A DNA stretch of 63,153 nt from an uncultured Novosphingobium sp. (GTDB lineage: Bacteria > Pseudomonadota > Alphaproteobacteria > Sphingomonadales > Sphingomonadaceae): the NCBI GenBank assembly GCA_964582485.1, contig CAZOSI010000002.1, forward strand, positions 1 to 63,153, in the 5' to 3' direction. The notes below the pieces were generated by a model. The model was not told where the DNA came from. It saw only the letters and a list, made by a program, of their open reading frames with translations, and did no database searches. Shown here piece by piece: positions 47,960 to 56,372 of the stretch. Numbering within the stretch: position 1 is the first letter of the stretch; the number at the start of each line of letters is the position of its first letter. The translations under genes and the position numbers were made by a program.

Positions 47960-48754
47960 TCAGTGCACGAACCGCGCCACAACGTCGCGGTAGGAGCGTG
48001 AGACCTTCACATCCGCGCCGCTTTCCAGCACCAGGAAACATTCGCCGTTGGTGTGCGGCTTGACTTGGCGGACGTTGTTGAGGTTGACGATCCAGCTGCG
48101 GTGAACCCGCTGGAACACCCGCGGATCGAGCCGGCGTTCCAGATCCTTCATCGTTTCGCGCAGGATCAGGCTGTTGTCGGCGGTATAGATACACATGTAG
48201 TCGCCGGCCGCCTCGATCCGCTCGATCGAATCGACATCGACCCGGAAGATCTGCCCGCGATCCTTGATGTTGATGAGTTTTTCATAACGCGCCGCGTGCT
48301 CGGGCTCTTCGGGCATGGCATCCATCGCATCGGGGGCAACTTCGGCCAGCACGGTCTTGAGCTTTTCAGCCTCTTCAGCGGCCTGCTTTTCGGCGATCCG
48401 CAGCCGTACCCGCTCCATGGTGTCGGCCAGCTTGTCCTCGTCGACCGGCTTCATCAGGTAGTTGACGGCGTTGGCCTCGAACGCGCGCACCGCGTGTTCC
48501 TGATAGGCGGTGACGAAGACGATCAAGGGCGGCTCGATCTCCATGATCCCCTTGACCACCGAGAACCCGTCGAACCCGGGCATCTGGATGTCGAGGAACA
48601 CCAGATCGGGCTTTTCGGTCTTGATCTTGCGGATCGCCTCGCGCCCGTTTGAGCAGGTGTCGATCACTTCGACATCGGGAAACTTTTCGAGCCTGAGTTG
48701 CAGCCCCTGGATCGCGAGCTTCTCGTCATCGACGATAATGGTGCGGATGGTCAT
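47960..48754 (-). CDS. LytTR-family response regulator
   Basis: IVDDEKLA, FLDIQMPGFDG, YLMKP, AAGDYMC, FQRVHRS, VSRSY. Confidence 0.93.
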   Translation of the reverse strand: MTIRTIIVDDEKLAIQGLQLRLEKFPDVEVIDTCSNGREAIRKIKTEKPDLVFLDIQMPGFDGFSVVKGIMEIEPPLIVFVTAYQEHAVRAFEANAVNYLMKPVDEDKLADTMERVRLRIAEKQAAEEAEKLKTVLAEVAPDAMDAMPEEPEHAARYEKLINIKDRGQIFRVDVDSIERIEAAGDYMCIYTADNSLILRETMKDLERRLDPRVFQRVHRSWIVNLNNVRQVKPHTNGECFLVLESGADVKVSRSYRDVVARFVH

Positions 48755-48764
48755 GTGCTGGGCC

Positions 48765-49925
48765 TCAGCCGGCGAATGCCGGACGCTTCTCTGCGGGAAG
48801 GGCCGCGGGCATGGCTTCGCGGCGTTCGAACGGAATTTCGATCAGCACGGCAAAACCGCCTTCGGGTGGTTCCATCGTTTCGAACCGGTGTTCTTCGCCA
48901 TAAGCCTGAGCCAGCCGGTCGCGAATGTTCGCAAGGCCTACCCCAGTGGATACCTGTTCGCCGCCGTCGAATGTCACACCGGTCAACCTGTTGTCCGAAT
49001 CCCCCGATTGCAACCCCGGGCCGGTGTCGGAGACGGTGATGCGAAGGTTTGGGCCGACGAGTTGCACCGCGATGGTGATTTCAGCTCCGGATTCCTGCGG
49101 ACTGACCGCATATTTGATCGCATTTTCGACCAGCGGTTGGAGCAACAATGATGGAAGCAGGCCAGATTCCGTCCCGGACTCGATCTGGAATCGGGTCCGC
49201 AGTCGCTCCTCGAACCGCATCCGTTCAATCTCCAGATAGAGCTTCAGCGTGTCGATTTCCTGCGCCACGGTGACCCGACCGGTCGGCTCGTTGACCAGGG
49301 TATAACGCAGGAATGAGGATAGCCGGCTGAGCATGGCGTTGGCCGGCTCGGTCTGCTTGAGCAGGACCAGGGTGCTGATCGAATTGAGCGTGTTGAACAA
49401 GAAATGCGGGTTGAGCTGATAGCGCAGCATCGCCAACTGGGCCTGGGTCGCCTGGTTTTCCAGCTGAATCAGCTGATCGTTCTGTTCTTCAATCTGGAGG
49501 AAGAAGTTGATCATGTAATAGAGCGCAGACCAGGCCAGCATCAGCGTTGCATCGAGGTAGAATAGGCTGATGAAACGCTGGGCAAAGCCGCTGCCACTGT
49601 CGCCCGAATAGAGCCCGTTTACCCAGGCATCGATAAAGGCATAGAGCGCGGCGGCCAGCGGGAAGACCAGTACGGTCACCCCCCAGGTGATCAGCGGGCG
49701 GCGGCTGATCAACTGGCGGTAGATCACCGACAGGACCAGGGTCAATGACAGGCCGGTCACGGTCGAGATCAGGACCAGCACAAGGTAGGAAAGCGGCTGG
49801 CCATTGGCCAGGCCCGAAGCCGCGCGCAGCAACATTGCTCCGCCCCAGCCGGCTGCCTGCAGGCGCCAGAACGCACGGTTCTTGTTGGCGAAGAACGGGA
49901 TCGGGCGAAACGGCAAGACGGCCAT
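48765..49925 (-). CDS. LytS-type sensor histidine kinase
   Basis: TM segments, LRYQLNPHFLFNTLNS, LQPLVENAIKY, DTGPG, GVGLANI. Confidence 0.93.
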   Translation of the reverse strand: MAVLPFRPIPFFANKNRAFWRLQAAGWGGAMLLRAASGLANGQPLSYLVLVLISTVTGLSLTLVLSVIYRQLISRRPLITWGVTVLVFPLAAALYAFIDAWVNGLYSGDSGSGFAQRFISLFYLDATLMLAWSALYYMINFFLQIEEQNDQLIQLENQATQAQLAMLRYQLNPHFLFNTLNSISTLVLLKQTEPANAMLSRLSSFLRYTLVNEPTGRVTVAQEIDTLKLYLEIERMRFEERLRTRFQIESGTESGLLPSLLLQPLVENAIKYAVSPQESGAEITIAVQLVGPNLRITVSDTGPGLQSGDSDNRLTGVTFDGGEQVSTGVGLANIRDRLAQAYGEEHRFETMEPPEGGFAVLIEIPFERREAMPAALPAEKRPAFAG

Positions 49926-49966
49926 GGCCCCGACCTTAGCAGGTTTTTCCAGCGGCAAAGAGGGAA

Positions 49967-50707
49967 TTACCGCTTACGCGCTTCGGCGATCGCCTTGCCC
50001 AGCACATCCCTGCCGACCGCACCGCTGAGTAGCTGCTCTCCCACGACCCAGCTGGGAGTTCCGTCGATCCCTAGCTGCCTGGCAAGTTCAAGGTTGCCGG
50101 CGAGCTCGGCCTTGACCTTGGGGTCGTCAATGAACTTGCGGGCGCGGTCGAGATCGAGGCCGACCGCGCGGGCCGCGGCTTCGATGCTTATGGCATCGGT
50201 CCGCCCGGCGGCAAACATGGCCTTGTGGAATTCAGGATATTTGCCCTGCTGCGCCGCAGCCAGGCCCCAGCGTGCCGCATCTGCGCTGGTCGGGGCGATA
50301 ATCGGCAGTTCGCGAATTACCACCTTGAGGTCGGGATTGGCCGCGATCAGCGCTTCGACATCGGCCATGCTCTGGCGGCAATAGGTGCAGGCAAAGTCGG
50401 TGAATTCGACCAGGGTGACGGTGCCGTTGGGATTGCCCATCACCGCGCCAGGAAAGGCCACTTCCAGTTTGTCGCCAGTGGCGGCGATCTGCTTGTCGGT
50501 TTCCTTCTTGCGCAGGTTCTCCATCGCTTCTGGCAGGATCTCGGGATGGGCAAGAATGTATTCGCGCACCACGGTTTCGATCGCGGCCTTGTCGGTCGGG
50601 GCACCGCCGCTACGGCCGAAAGTAAAGCCAGCGGCACCTCCGGCCAGCAGCAATGCGATGCCGGACAGGATCAGCGGCAGGGCAGGACGGGAAGATCTAT
50701 CAGCCAT
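49967..50707 (-). CDS. DsbA family protein
   Basis: YILAHPEIL, EFTDFACTYCR (CXXC), GIDGTP. Confidence 0.9.
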   Translation of the reverse strand: MADRSSRPALPLILSGIALLLAGGAAGFTFGRSGGAPTDKAAIETVVREYILAHPEILPEAMENLRKKETDKQIAATGDKLEVAFPGAVMGNPNGTVTLVEFTDFACTYCRQSMADVEALIAANPDLKVVIRELPIIAPTSADAARWGLAAAQQGKYPEFHKAMFAAGRTDAISIEAAARAVGLDLDRARKFIDDPKVKAELAGNLELARQLGIDGTPSWVVGEQLLSGAVGRDVLGKAIAEARKR

Positions 50708-50716
50708 GGGGCCGCG

Positions 50717-52081
50717 CTAACGGCGTTTCTTGCGCTGTTCAATCGCGGCGCGTGCTTCCATCGCGATATCCCCGGCGCGAATCCAGTCGGGCGAGCCGGT
50801 CGGTAGCGCGGCCTGGGCCATCTGCGCGCTTTGCAGCGCTTGCGGATAGTTGAGCTGCAGCGCCTGCTGTTCGGCGCTGGCCAGCCGGGCGCGGGGAATA
50901 TCGCCCTTCATCCCGTAAATCACCCCCAGCTGGTACCAGGCGAAGGGATTCTCCCGATCACGCGAGACCGCGGCGCGGAGCACCTGTTCTGCTTCGGCAA
51001 GCTGTGACGCATCCTCGGTTGCGATCAGGGCGTGGCCGAAGGTGGTGGCGATCAGCGGATGGAAATTCGAGAACTGGGTGGCCCGCCGCAGCATCGGCAG
51101 CGCCTCGCCCGGGCGACCGGATTCGAGCAGGATCTGGCCCTTGAGCTCCAGAAAATAAGGGTCATTGGGCGCAAGGGCGAGCAGTGCGTCGGTTTCGGCC
51201 AAGGCCTTGTCGAGCCGCGCGTCCTTGTGGAAGGCATATGAGCGGGCATAGCGGGCCGGCACGTCGGTGGTTGTTTCAGGATAGACCTGCAAGGTCCGCT
51301 GGGGTTCAGAAATATAGCCGAACAGCTTGGCCTTTACCCGCTGGAACCGGGCCTCAAGCTGGGTATCGGCCGGGGCTTTCCACGCCGGATCCTTCTGATA
51401 GGTGTCCTGCAAGGTGTTGATCCGGTCCGAAGTCATCGGGTGGGTCGAATAGAATTCGGTATCGGCATTGCGGGAATAGCCGTGGCGCATCTCGAGGTTT
51501 TGCAGCCGCCGGAAAAAGCTCAGCGAGCCGCGTCCCGAAAGGCCCGCCTTGGACAGATACTGCGCTCCGGCCGCATCGGCACTGGCTTCCTGGCCGCGAC
51601 TGAAGGCGAGGTATTTGCCCAGAGCAGCCTGCTGGCCGGCCATGATAACGCCCATCGCGGCGTCACCCGATCCGGCAGCAGCTGCGATACCGCCCAGCAA
51701 CAGCGACAGGATCGAAATCCCCTGCGCTTCCTTCGCGCCGCCATCGTTGATCACATGGCCGCCGGTAATGTGGCCGAGTTCGTGGGCAATCACGCCCTGG
51801 ACCTCCAGCGCAGAGCCGGCCTCGTTGATCAGGCCGGAATGGATGTAGATCGCCTGCCCGCCGGCCACGAAGGCATTGATCGACTGGTCGCCGATCAAGA
51901 CGATCGCGACATTGCGCGGATCGAGTCCGGCTGCGCGGACCAACGGGGTCGCCATGTCATGCAGCAGGATTTCGGTTTCGGCGTCGCGCAGGATCGATTG
52001 GGCGATAGCCGGCTGGACGCTGAGCGTCACGGCCAGCAGCATGGCCAGGCAGCGGGCAAGCAAACGGTTGAAGACGCGCAT
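50717..52081 (-). CDS. M48 metalloprotease with TPRs (BepA-like)
   Basis: INAFVAGG, AHELGH (HEXXH), FSRGQEASAD, STHP; C-terminal TPRs. Confidence 0.9.
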   Translation of the reverse strand: MRVFNRLLARCLAMLLAVTLSVQPAIAQSILRDAETEILLHDMATPLVRAAGLDPRNVAIVLIGDQSINAFVAGGQAIYIHSGLINEAGSALEVQGVIAHELGHITGGHVINDGGAKEAQGISILSLLLGGIAAAAGSGDAAMGVIMAGQQAALGKYLAFSRGQEASADAAGAQYLSKAGLSGRGSLSFFRRLQNLEMRHGYSRNADTEFYSTHPMTSDRINTLQDTYQKDPAWKAPADTQLEARFQRVKAKLFGYISEPQRTLQVYPETTTDVPARYARSYAFHKDARLDKALAETDALLALAPNDPYFLELKGQILLESGRPGEALPMLRRATQFSNFHPLIATTFGHALIATEDASQLAEAEQVLRAAVSRDRENPFAWYQLGVIYGMKGDIPRARLASAEQQALQLNYPQALQSAQMAQAALPTGSPDWIRAGDIAMEARAAIEQRKKRR

Positions 52082-52093
52082 CGTGATCACGGC

Positions 52094-53050
52094 TTAGCGG
52101 CCAGCCGCCTGAACCGGCGCTGAAGCGCTGTCGTGGTTGCGGAGAAAGCCCAGCACCGGATCGAGCACCCGGCGGTCGCGGTTGAACGGGGCGGCCAGTT
52201 TCATTGCCGTGCCGGAATGATCGACGCCAGCCAGAATCACAGGTTCGGTCGCTTGCCCGGCGGCGCTAAGGGCCTTGGCCAGAACGCGGCTGTTCCGCGG
52301 CTTGACCGTTTCGTCCGCATCGCCGGTCAGCAGCAGCATTGGCGGGCCGTCACCGCGGACATGATTGATCGGCTGGGTGATCGCCGGATCGGCCTCCTGG
52401 CCAAAGGCATTGCGCGCCGAATCCGATGTGAAGGGATAGAAATCATATGGCCCGGACAGGCCGACCACGCCTTTCAGGAACCCGTCGGGCACCCCAGCGC
52501 GGCCCAGCCATTGCCGCTCGAGACCCAGCATCACCACATTATAGGCGCCGGCTGAATGGCCCATTGCGAAGACCCGATCTGGATCACCGCCATATTTCGC
52601 AATGTTTTGTTGGACCCAGGCCATGGCCAGCGCGCTGTCCTGCAGCATGCGGGGGTAGCGGCCTTCCGGCCCCAACCGATAGCCGAGCAGGACCACGACA
52701 TAGCCCTCGCGTGTGAACTGCCGGCCAACGAAGCTGTAATCGCCAGGTGAGCCCGAATGCCACCCGCCGCCATGGATGAAGACCAGGACCGGGTGCGGCG
52801 AGATGCCCCTCTCCTCGGGGACGATTACGTCCACCTGCTGCGCCGCCAGCGGGCCATAACGGCCATTGCTCAGCGCCACGCGGTAGCCGGAATTGCCGCC
52901 GAACTGACGATCCGCCCAGTCCAGCAAGGCCACCGAATTGGTGGCAAGGGCATAACGCCAGGCTCCGAACAGCGCCGCAGCCAGCACGGCCAGAGCAATC
53001 GCAATCCAGCCCATCCGCGAAATCCGTCCCCGTTTGACCGCCTTTGCCAT
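52094..53050 (-). CDS. Alpha/beta hydrolase (carboxylesterase)
   Basis: HGGGW, GHSAG, D(ETV), H(SG). Confidence 0.88.
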   Translation of the reverse strand: MAKAVKRGRISRMGWIAIALAVLAAALFGAWRYALATNSVALLDWADRQFGGNSGYRVALSNGRYGPLAAQQVDVIVPEERGISPHPVLVFIHGGGWHSGSPGDYSFVGRQFTREGYVVVLLGYRLGPEGRYPRMLQDSALAMAWVQQNIAKYGGDPDRVFAMGHSAGAYNVVMLGLERQWLGRAGVPDGFLKGVVGLSGPYDFYPFTSDSARNAFGQEADPAITQPINHVRGDGPPMLLLTGDADETVKPRNSRVLAKALSAAGQATEPVILAGVDHSGTAMKLAAPFNRDRRVLDPVLGFLRNHDSASAPVQAAGR

Positions 53051-53130
53051 GGCGCCGGTCTAGGCGGTTTCGTTGATCAGGGAAAGCTGGCGCTTGGTTC
53101 TGCGGTTGTTCTGGCCGGTTGCCCCACCCG

Positions 53131-53172
53131 AAAAAGCAAAGGGCGCGCCATGCCCCCCGACACGGCGCGCCC
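53131..53172 (-). terminator. Intrinsic terminator
   Basis: Minus strand GGGCGCGCCGTG-TCGGGGG-CATGGCGCGCCC-TTTGCTTTTT. Confidence 0.7.
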
Positions 53173-53205
53173 GGCGCGGCTGATTGTTGGACTTGGACTT
53201 GGGGA

Positions 53206-54798
53206 TCAGCCGAGCAGCTTTTTCGCCGCTTTTTCCAGCAGCGGGATATCGTCGGCCACTTCGCCTAGCAGCACCACTTCTCCGGTGGGCAGACGGCGGG
53301 CGACCAGCAGCGTGAACTCGGCGCCTTCAGCCGAAACGGCATCGAGCGGTGCATGGTCCAGCTTGCGCAGCTTCTTGGCCAACGCCTCGCGTGGGGTATC
53401 GCGAACCACGGCTACCTGGCCGCTTTCCTCGCGCTTCAGGCGGCGTTCTTCGGTGACCACGCCCTTGAGACCGCCCGGAGCGGCGGCAAGGTATCCGGCC
53501 AGCGCCCCGCGGCCGAGCCCGATGCGCTGGGCATGGCACAGCGCCGAGGCATATTCGGTCAGGCGAGTCTTGTCGTAGTTGGCGCCGAACACCAGCTTGA
53601 CCACCGGGGTCATTGGTGCGCGGTCCTGCACGGTCAGTCCCGAATCGGCGACCAGATCGGCGAACTCCTCTGCTGCATCGGCAGCGGCGAGCGAGAAGTC
53701 ATAAGCCTTGCCGATCGCGGCATAGAGTGCCTGGCGGGTGCGGTCTTCTGATCCGCGGGCCGCTTCGGCCAGTTCGCGGGCAGAGGCGAGCCAATCGCCC
53801 AGACCCATGTCTTCTTCGGCCACATCGGGCATGTCGATCGCCAAGGTGGCGGCGGTCATTTCCGTCAGACCGGCATCCTGCTCGGCCAGTTCGGCAAAAC
53901 CATCAAGATCAAGCGGCGGTAGATCGCCCTGTGCGCGGGCCATGGCCCTGAGGTCTAACGGAGCAGCAGGCTCTTCGTCCTCGTCCTCGTCCTCGTCTTC
54001 GGCCAGCGCCGGGGTCAGCCCGCCAAAGCGGGGTTCCGCAGCGGCCGGTTCGGCTTTCTCGGCCGGCGCTTCGAGCCAGGCAAGGTCGAGCACATCGTCT
54101 TCATCTTCCGCTTCTTCCGCGTCATCCCCGGCAAGCGAATCGGCCGGGCCATCGGCCCATTCAGTGATAGGATCGGCGCGGCGGGCTTCGACATGGCCAT
54201 TGGCCTCAAGCGCTTGGTCGATTTCCTGCAGCAGCTCTTCGGTGGTCGCCTGGTCAGCCAGTTCTTTCCAGTTGATCACCCCGTAAATAAAGTCGATTCC
54301 CACGTCGTCGGACGAGAACGGCAGCAAGATTCCGCGATAGAGGATCGTCCGGCCGCGCTGGTTGACGAATTCGGCTTCGAACCCGATCGGTGCCTGATTG
54401 GCGAGGATCTGCATGTAATGGTCAGTGATTCGCGACAGCAGCGAACGCGCCGGCACGTCGGCCAGGGTTTCGATCGTGCCACTGGTGCCGCATTCTTCGG
54501 CCAGCATGTCCCCCAGATAGCGGACCGCCGGGTTCTCGATCCCTTCACTGAAGTCGAGCATGACGCTGTAGGGCCCGAAATCGGGCAGCTCGGCCGGGGC
54601 GATGTCGCCGATCGAGGGAAAATTGCGATCATCGAGCAGGCTTGCCCAGTGATTGTAGGCGCGCACCTGCATGCGCCGCTCGTCCTGTCCGATCGGGCTG
54701 GGCGGCGGCTCGCGCGGGGTTTCCTCCTCGCCAAATTCCACCTCGGGCCAATCGTCGGCCGCATTCGAATCCAGATAACTTCCGCGATACGTATCCAT
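53206..54798 (-). CDS. Hypothetical protein with PAS-like N-terminal domain, acidic linker and helical C-terminal domain
   Basis: AYNHWASL...YRGILLPFSSD..IDFIYGVINW resembles alphaproteobacterial PAS_5-like domains. Confidence 0.72.
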   Translation of the reverse strand: MDTYRGSYLDSNAADDWPEVEFGEEETPREPPPSPIGQDERRMQVRAYNHWASLLDDRNFPSIGDIAPAELPDFGPYSVMLDFSEGIENPAVRYLGDMLAEECGTSGTIETLADVPARSLLSRITDHYMQILANQAPIGFEAEFVNQRGRTILYRGILLPFSSDDVGIDFIYGVINWKELADQATTEELLQEIDQALEANGHVEARRADPITEWADGPADSLAGDDAEEAEDEDDVLDLAWLEAPAEKAEPAAAEPRFGGLTPALAEDEDEDEDEEPAAPLDLRAMARAQGDLPPLDLDGFAELAEQDAGLTEMTAATLAIDMPDVAEEDMGLGDWLASARELAEAARGSEDRTRQALYAAIGKAYDFSLAAADAAEEFADLVADSGLTVQDRAPMTPVVKLVFGANYDKTRLTEYASALCHAQRIGLGRGALAGYLAAAPGGLKGVVTEERRLKREESGQVAVVRDTPREALAKKLRKLDHAPLDAVSAEGAEFTLLVARRLPTGEVVLLGEVADDIPLLEKAAKKLLG

Positions 54799-54845
54799 GT
54801 GGGTTCCCCACCAAGTCCTGTCCGAGGTCGGTTCTGGCGCAACAT

Positions 54846-54862
54846 GGTAAATTAACCGTTAA
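54846..54862 (-). promoter_or_regulatory. CtrA-like box
   Basis: Minus strand TTAA-CGGTTAA-TTTACC, upstream of the PAS-like gene. Confidence 0.5.
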
Positions 54863-54916
54863 GTTGCGCGGGAAGGGCTGGAGCGGGCGCGAGGAAACGA
54901 CGCCTCAGGCAATCGA

Positions 54917-55405
54917 TCAGCCGACCCAGCCCGACAGGCCGGGATCAACAAAGCCTTGTTGGCGACGCAGCGCCGCTCGGGCCAATCGTTCGGTCTCGGC
55001 CTTGCGGCGCGCGGCTGCCAGGGGAACGGTGGCGGCTGGCCGCAGAATCTCCGCATCGTAGCCATCGGCCACGATAAGTCCGCAGCGTTCTGGCAGGAAT
55101 GCCGGATCTTCCATACATGAACGATCAAGGTGCGGGGCGAGGCCCCAATAGAACCGATCGCAATGGTCGAGATAGTCGGTCCACTTGGCATCGCCGAGCA
55201 GATCGGCCCGGCTAACCTTGATTTCGACGATAACCAGATGGCCCTTGGCATCGATCCCCATCAGATCGGCCCGGCGACTGGAGCGTAGCGGCATTTCCGC
55301 CAGACACCAGATATCGTTACGGGCGAACAACCGGCAGATCCCGCGGGCAACCGCCTGGGCAGCCTTCAGCTCGGCATCTGCGGGAATCGGGACGGGACCA
55401 GCCAT
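54917..55405 (-). CDS. mmcB: MmcB family DNA repair endonuclease
   Basis: VARGICR, RRADL, VEIKVSRADL.GDAKW.DYL.HCDRFY, GLIVADGYDAE, LAAARRKA. Confidence 0.88.
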   Translation of the reverse strand: MAGPVPIPADAELKAAQAVARGICRLFARNDIWCLAEMPLRSSRRADLMGIDAKGHLVIVEIKVSRADLLGDAKWTDYLDHCDRFYWGLAPHLDRSCMEDPAFLPERCGLIVADGYDAEILRPAATVPLAAARRKAETERLARAALRRQQGFVDPGLSGWVG

Positions 55406-55418
55406 GGCCGACCCCTAG

Positions 55419-55433
55419 GAACAAACTGGCAAC
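55419..55433. promoter_or_regulatory. Alphaproteobacterial LexA-like box
   Basis: GAAC-AAACTGG-CAAC versus GAAC-N7-GAAC (1 mismatch), 14 bp upstream of mmcB, a known SOS gene in Caulobacter. Confidence 0.55.
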
Positions 55434-55446
55434 TTTGCAAGCGTGC

Positions 55447-55869
55447 CTACATGAAACGGCGCTGCGTCACGGCTTCCGGGGGCGGAGTCAGCGCCAGCAG
55501 TGCGGCCCGAGCAGCGTGAAATTCCTGCCACAGCGCCAGGGCCGCCGGGGCGGGGTTGGCGCCGCGGGCATGGATCGCCAGCAGCGCGGCGATTCCTGGC
55601 TCCATTACAGCTGAGAGATCATCAATCCCCTGTTCGGCCCGGTCACGCCGCCAACCCCCGGCATCGCGCATGATCGCGGGAAAATTGCGCACTTCGGCGC
55701 GCATCGGCTCAGCGGCGAGGCCAGCCAGAGTGCCGACCACGGCAACCGCATCATGCAGCGCCGACCACTTCATACTCATCGCGCTGGCGGAAGCCTGGCC
55801 AAACTCGGGCCGGCCCGATGTGGGCAGTGTACCGGCGGCCGGCTGGGCAAAGCTGGAATGCATGTTCAT
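55447..55869 (-). CDS. Hypothetical protein
   Basis: 140-aa Ala-rich helical ORF filling the mmcB-tRNA interval. Confidence 0.68.
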   Translation of the reverse strand: MNMHSSFAQPAAGTLPTSGRPEFGQASASAMSMKWSALHDAVAVVGTLAGLAAEPMRAEVRNFPAIMRDAGGWRRDRAEQGIDDLSAVMEPGIAALLAIHARGANPAPAALALWQEFHAARAALLALTPPPEAVTQRRFM

Positions 55870-55964
55870 GGCACTGCCTTAACCCGGATGCCCTTGCCAA
55901 ATCGCTAAAGCCCGCGAAAAGTGACTGGCGCTTCGCCGCCCGCACTGCTAACCGCGCCAGCCAC

Positions 55965-56040
<76 letters not shown>

Positions 56041-56041
<1 letters not shown>

Positions 56042-56080
56042 AACACCAAGGGCGCCCCAGTTGGGGCGCCCTTGGTGTTT
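56041..56080. terminator. Perfect 18-bp hairpin directly after the tRNA
   Basis: AAACACCAAGGGCGCCCC-AGTT-GGGGCGCCCTTGGTGTTT. Confidence 0.75.
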
Positions 56081-56138
56081 GGCGAAAGCTGAAACTGGGA
56101 GCGACAGCCGTGCGGCGTCAATTTATGCAGGCAAGAAC

Positions 56139-56182
56139 AAAAAAGGCGCCCGGTATTTTCCTATAAAAAACTACCGGACGCC
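56139..56182 (-). terminator. Intrinsic terminator of the lasso precursor gene
   Basis: Minus strand GGCGTCCGGTA...TACCGGGCGCC-TTTTTT, starting 30 nt after the precursor stop. Confidence 0.75.
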
Positions 56183-56211
56183 ATGCTTTCAATGAAGTGA
56201 GTGGCAAATTT

Positions 56212-56301
56212 TTAAGGAATGTCGCCCCGTTGGAATGCCCAATCATAAGAACGACCCAGCCAGCCCTTGGTGGCTTTTGAAATCTTTCCAAGTTTAAACA
56301 T
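56212..56301 (-). CDS. Lasso peptide precursor (A), 29 aa: MFKLGKISKATK|GWLGRSYDWAFQRGDIP
   Basis: Not in the ORF track. AAAGGAGG RBS 5 nt before ATG; LGxxSxxTxG leader motif with Thr at -2; core Gly1 and Asp8; adjacent to lasso B and C genes. Confidence 0.9.
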   Translation of the reverse strand: MFKLGKISKATKGWLGRSYDWAFQRGDIP

Positions 56302-56344
56302 GACAACCTCCTTTGCTTGGATTCTGACCGAAGCCAGGATTCAA

Positions 56345-56372
56345 ATGTTATTAATTACTATCTATTCGTCAA
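56345..56372 (-). promoter_or_regulatory. Sigma70-like promoter candidate for the precursor
   Basis: Minus strand TTGACG-N16-TAACAT in the AT-rich C-to-A gap. Confidence 0.5.

Noticed and set aside
56118-56306. 62-aa minus-strand ORF-track entry as the lasso precursor
   Set aside because: Different frame, TTG start abutting the RBS, no Thr-x-Gly/Asp pattern, and it runs through the terminator. The 56212-56301 frame fits all the lasso rules.
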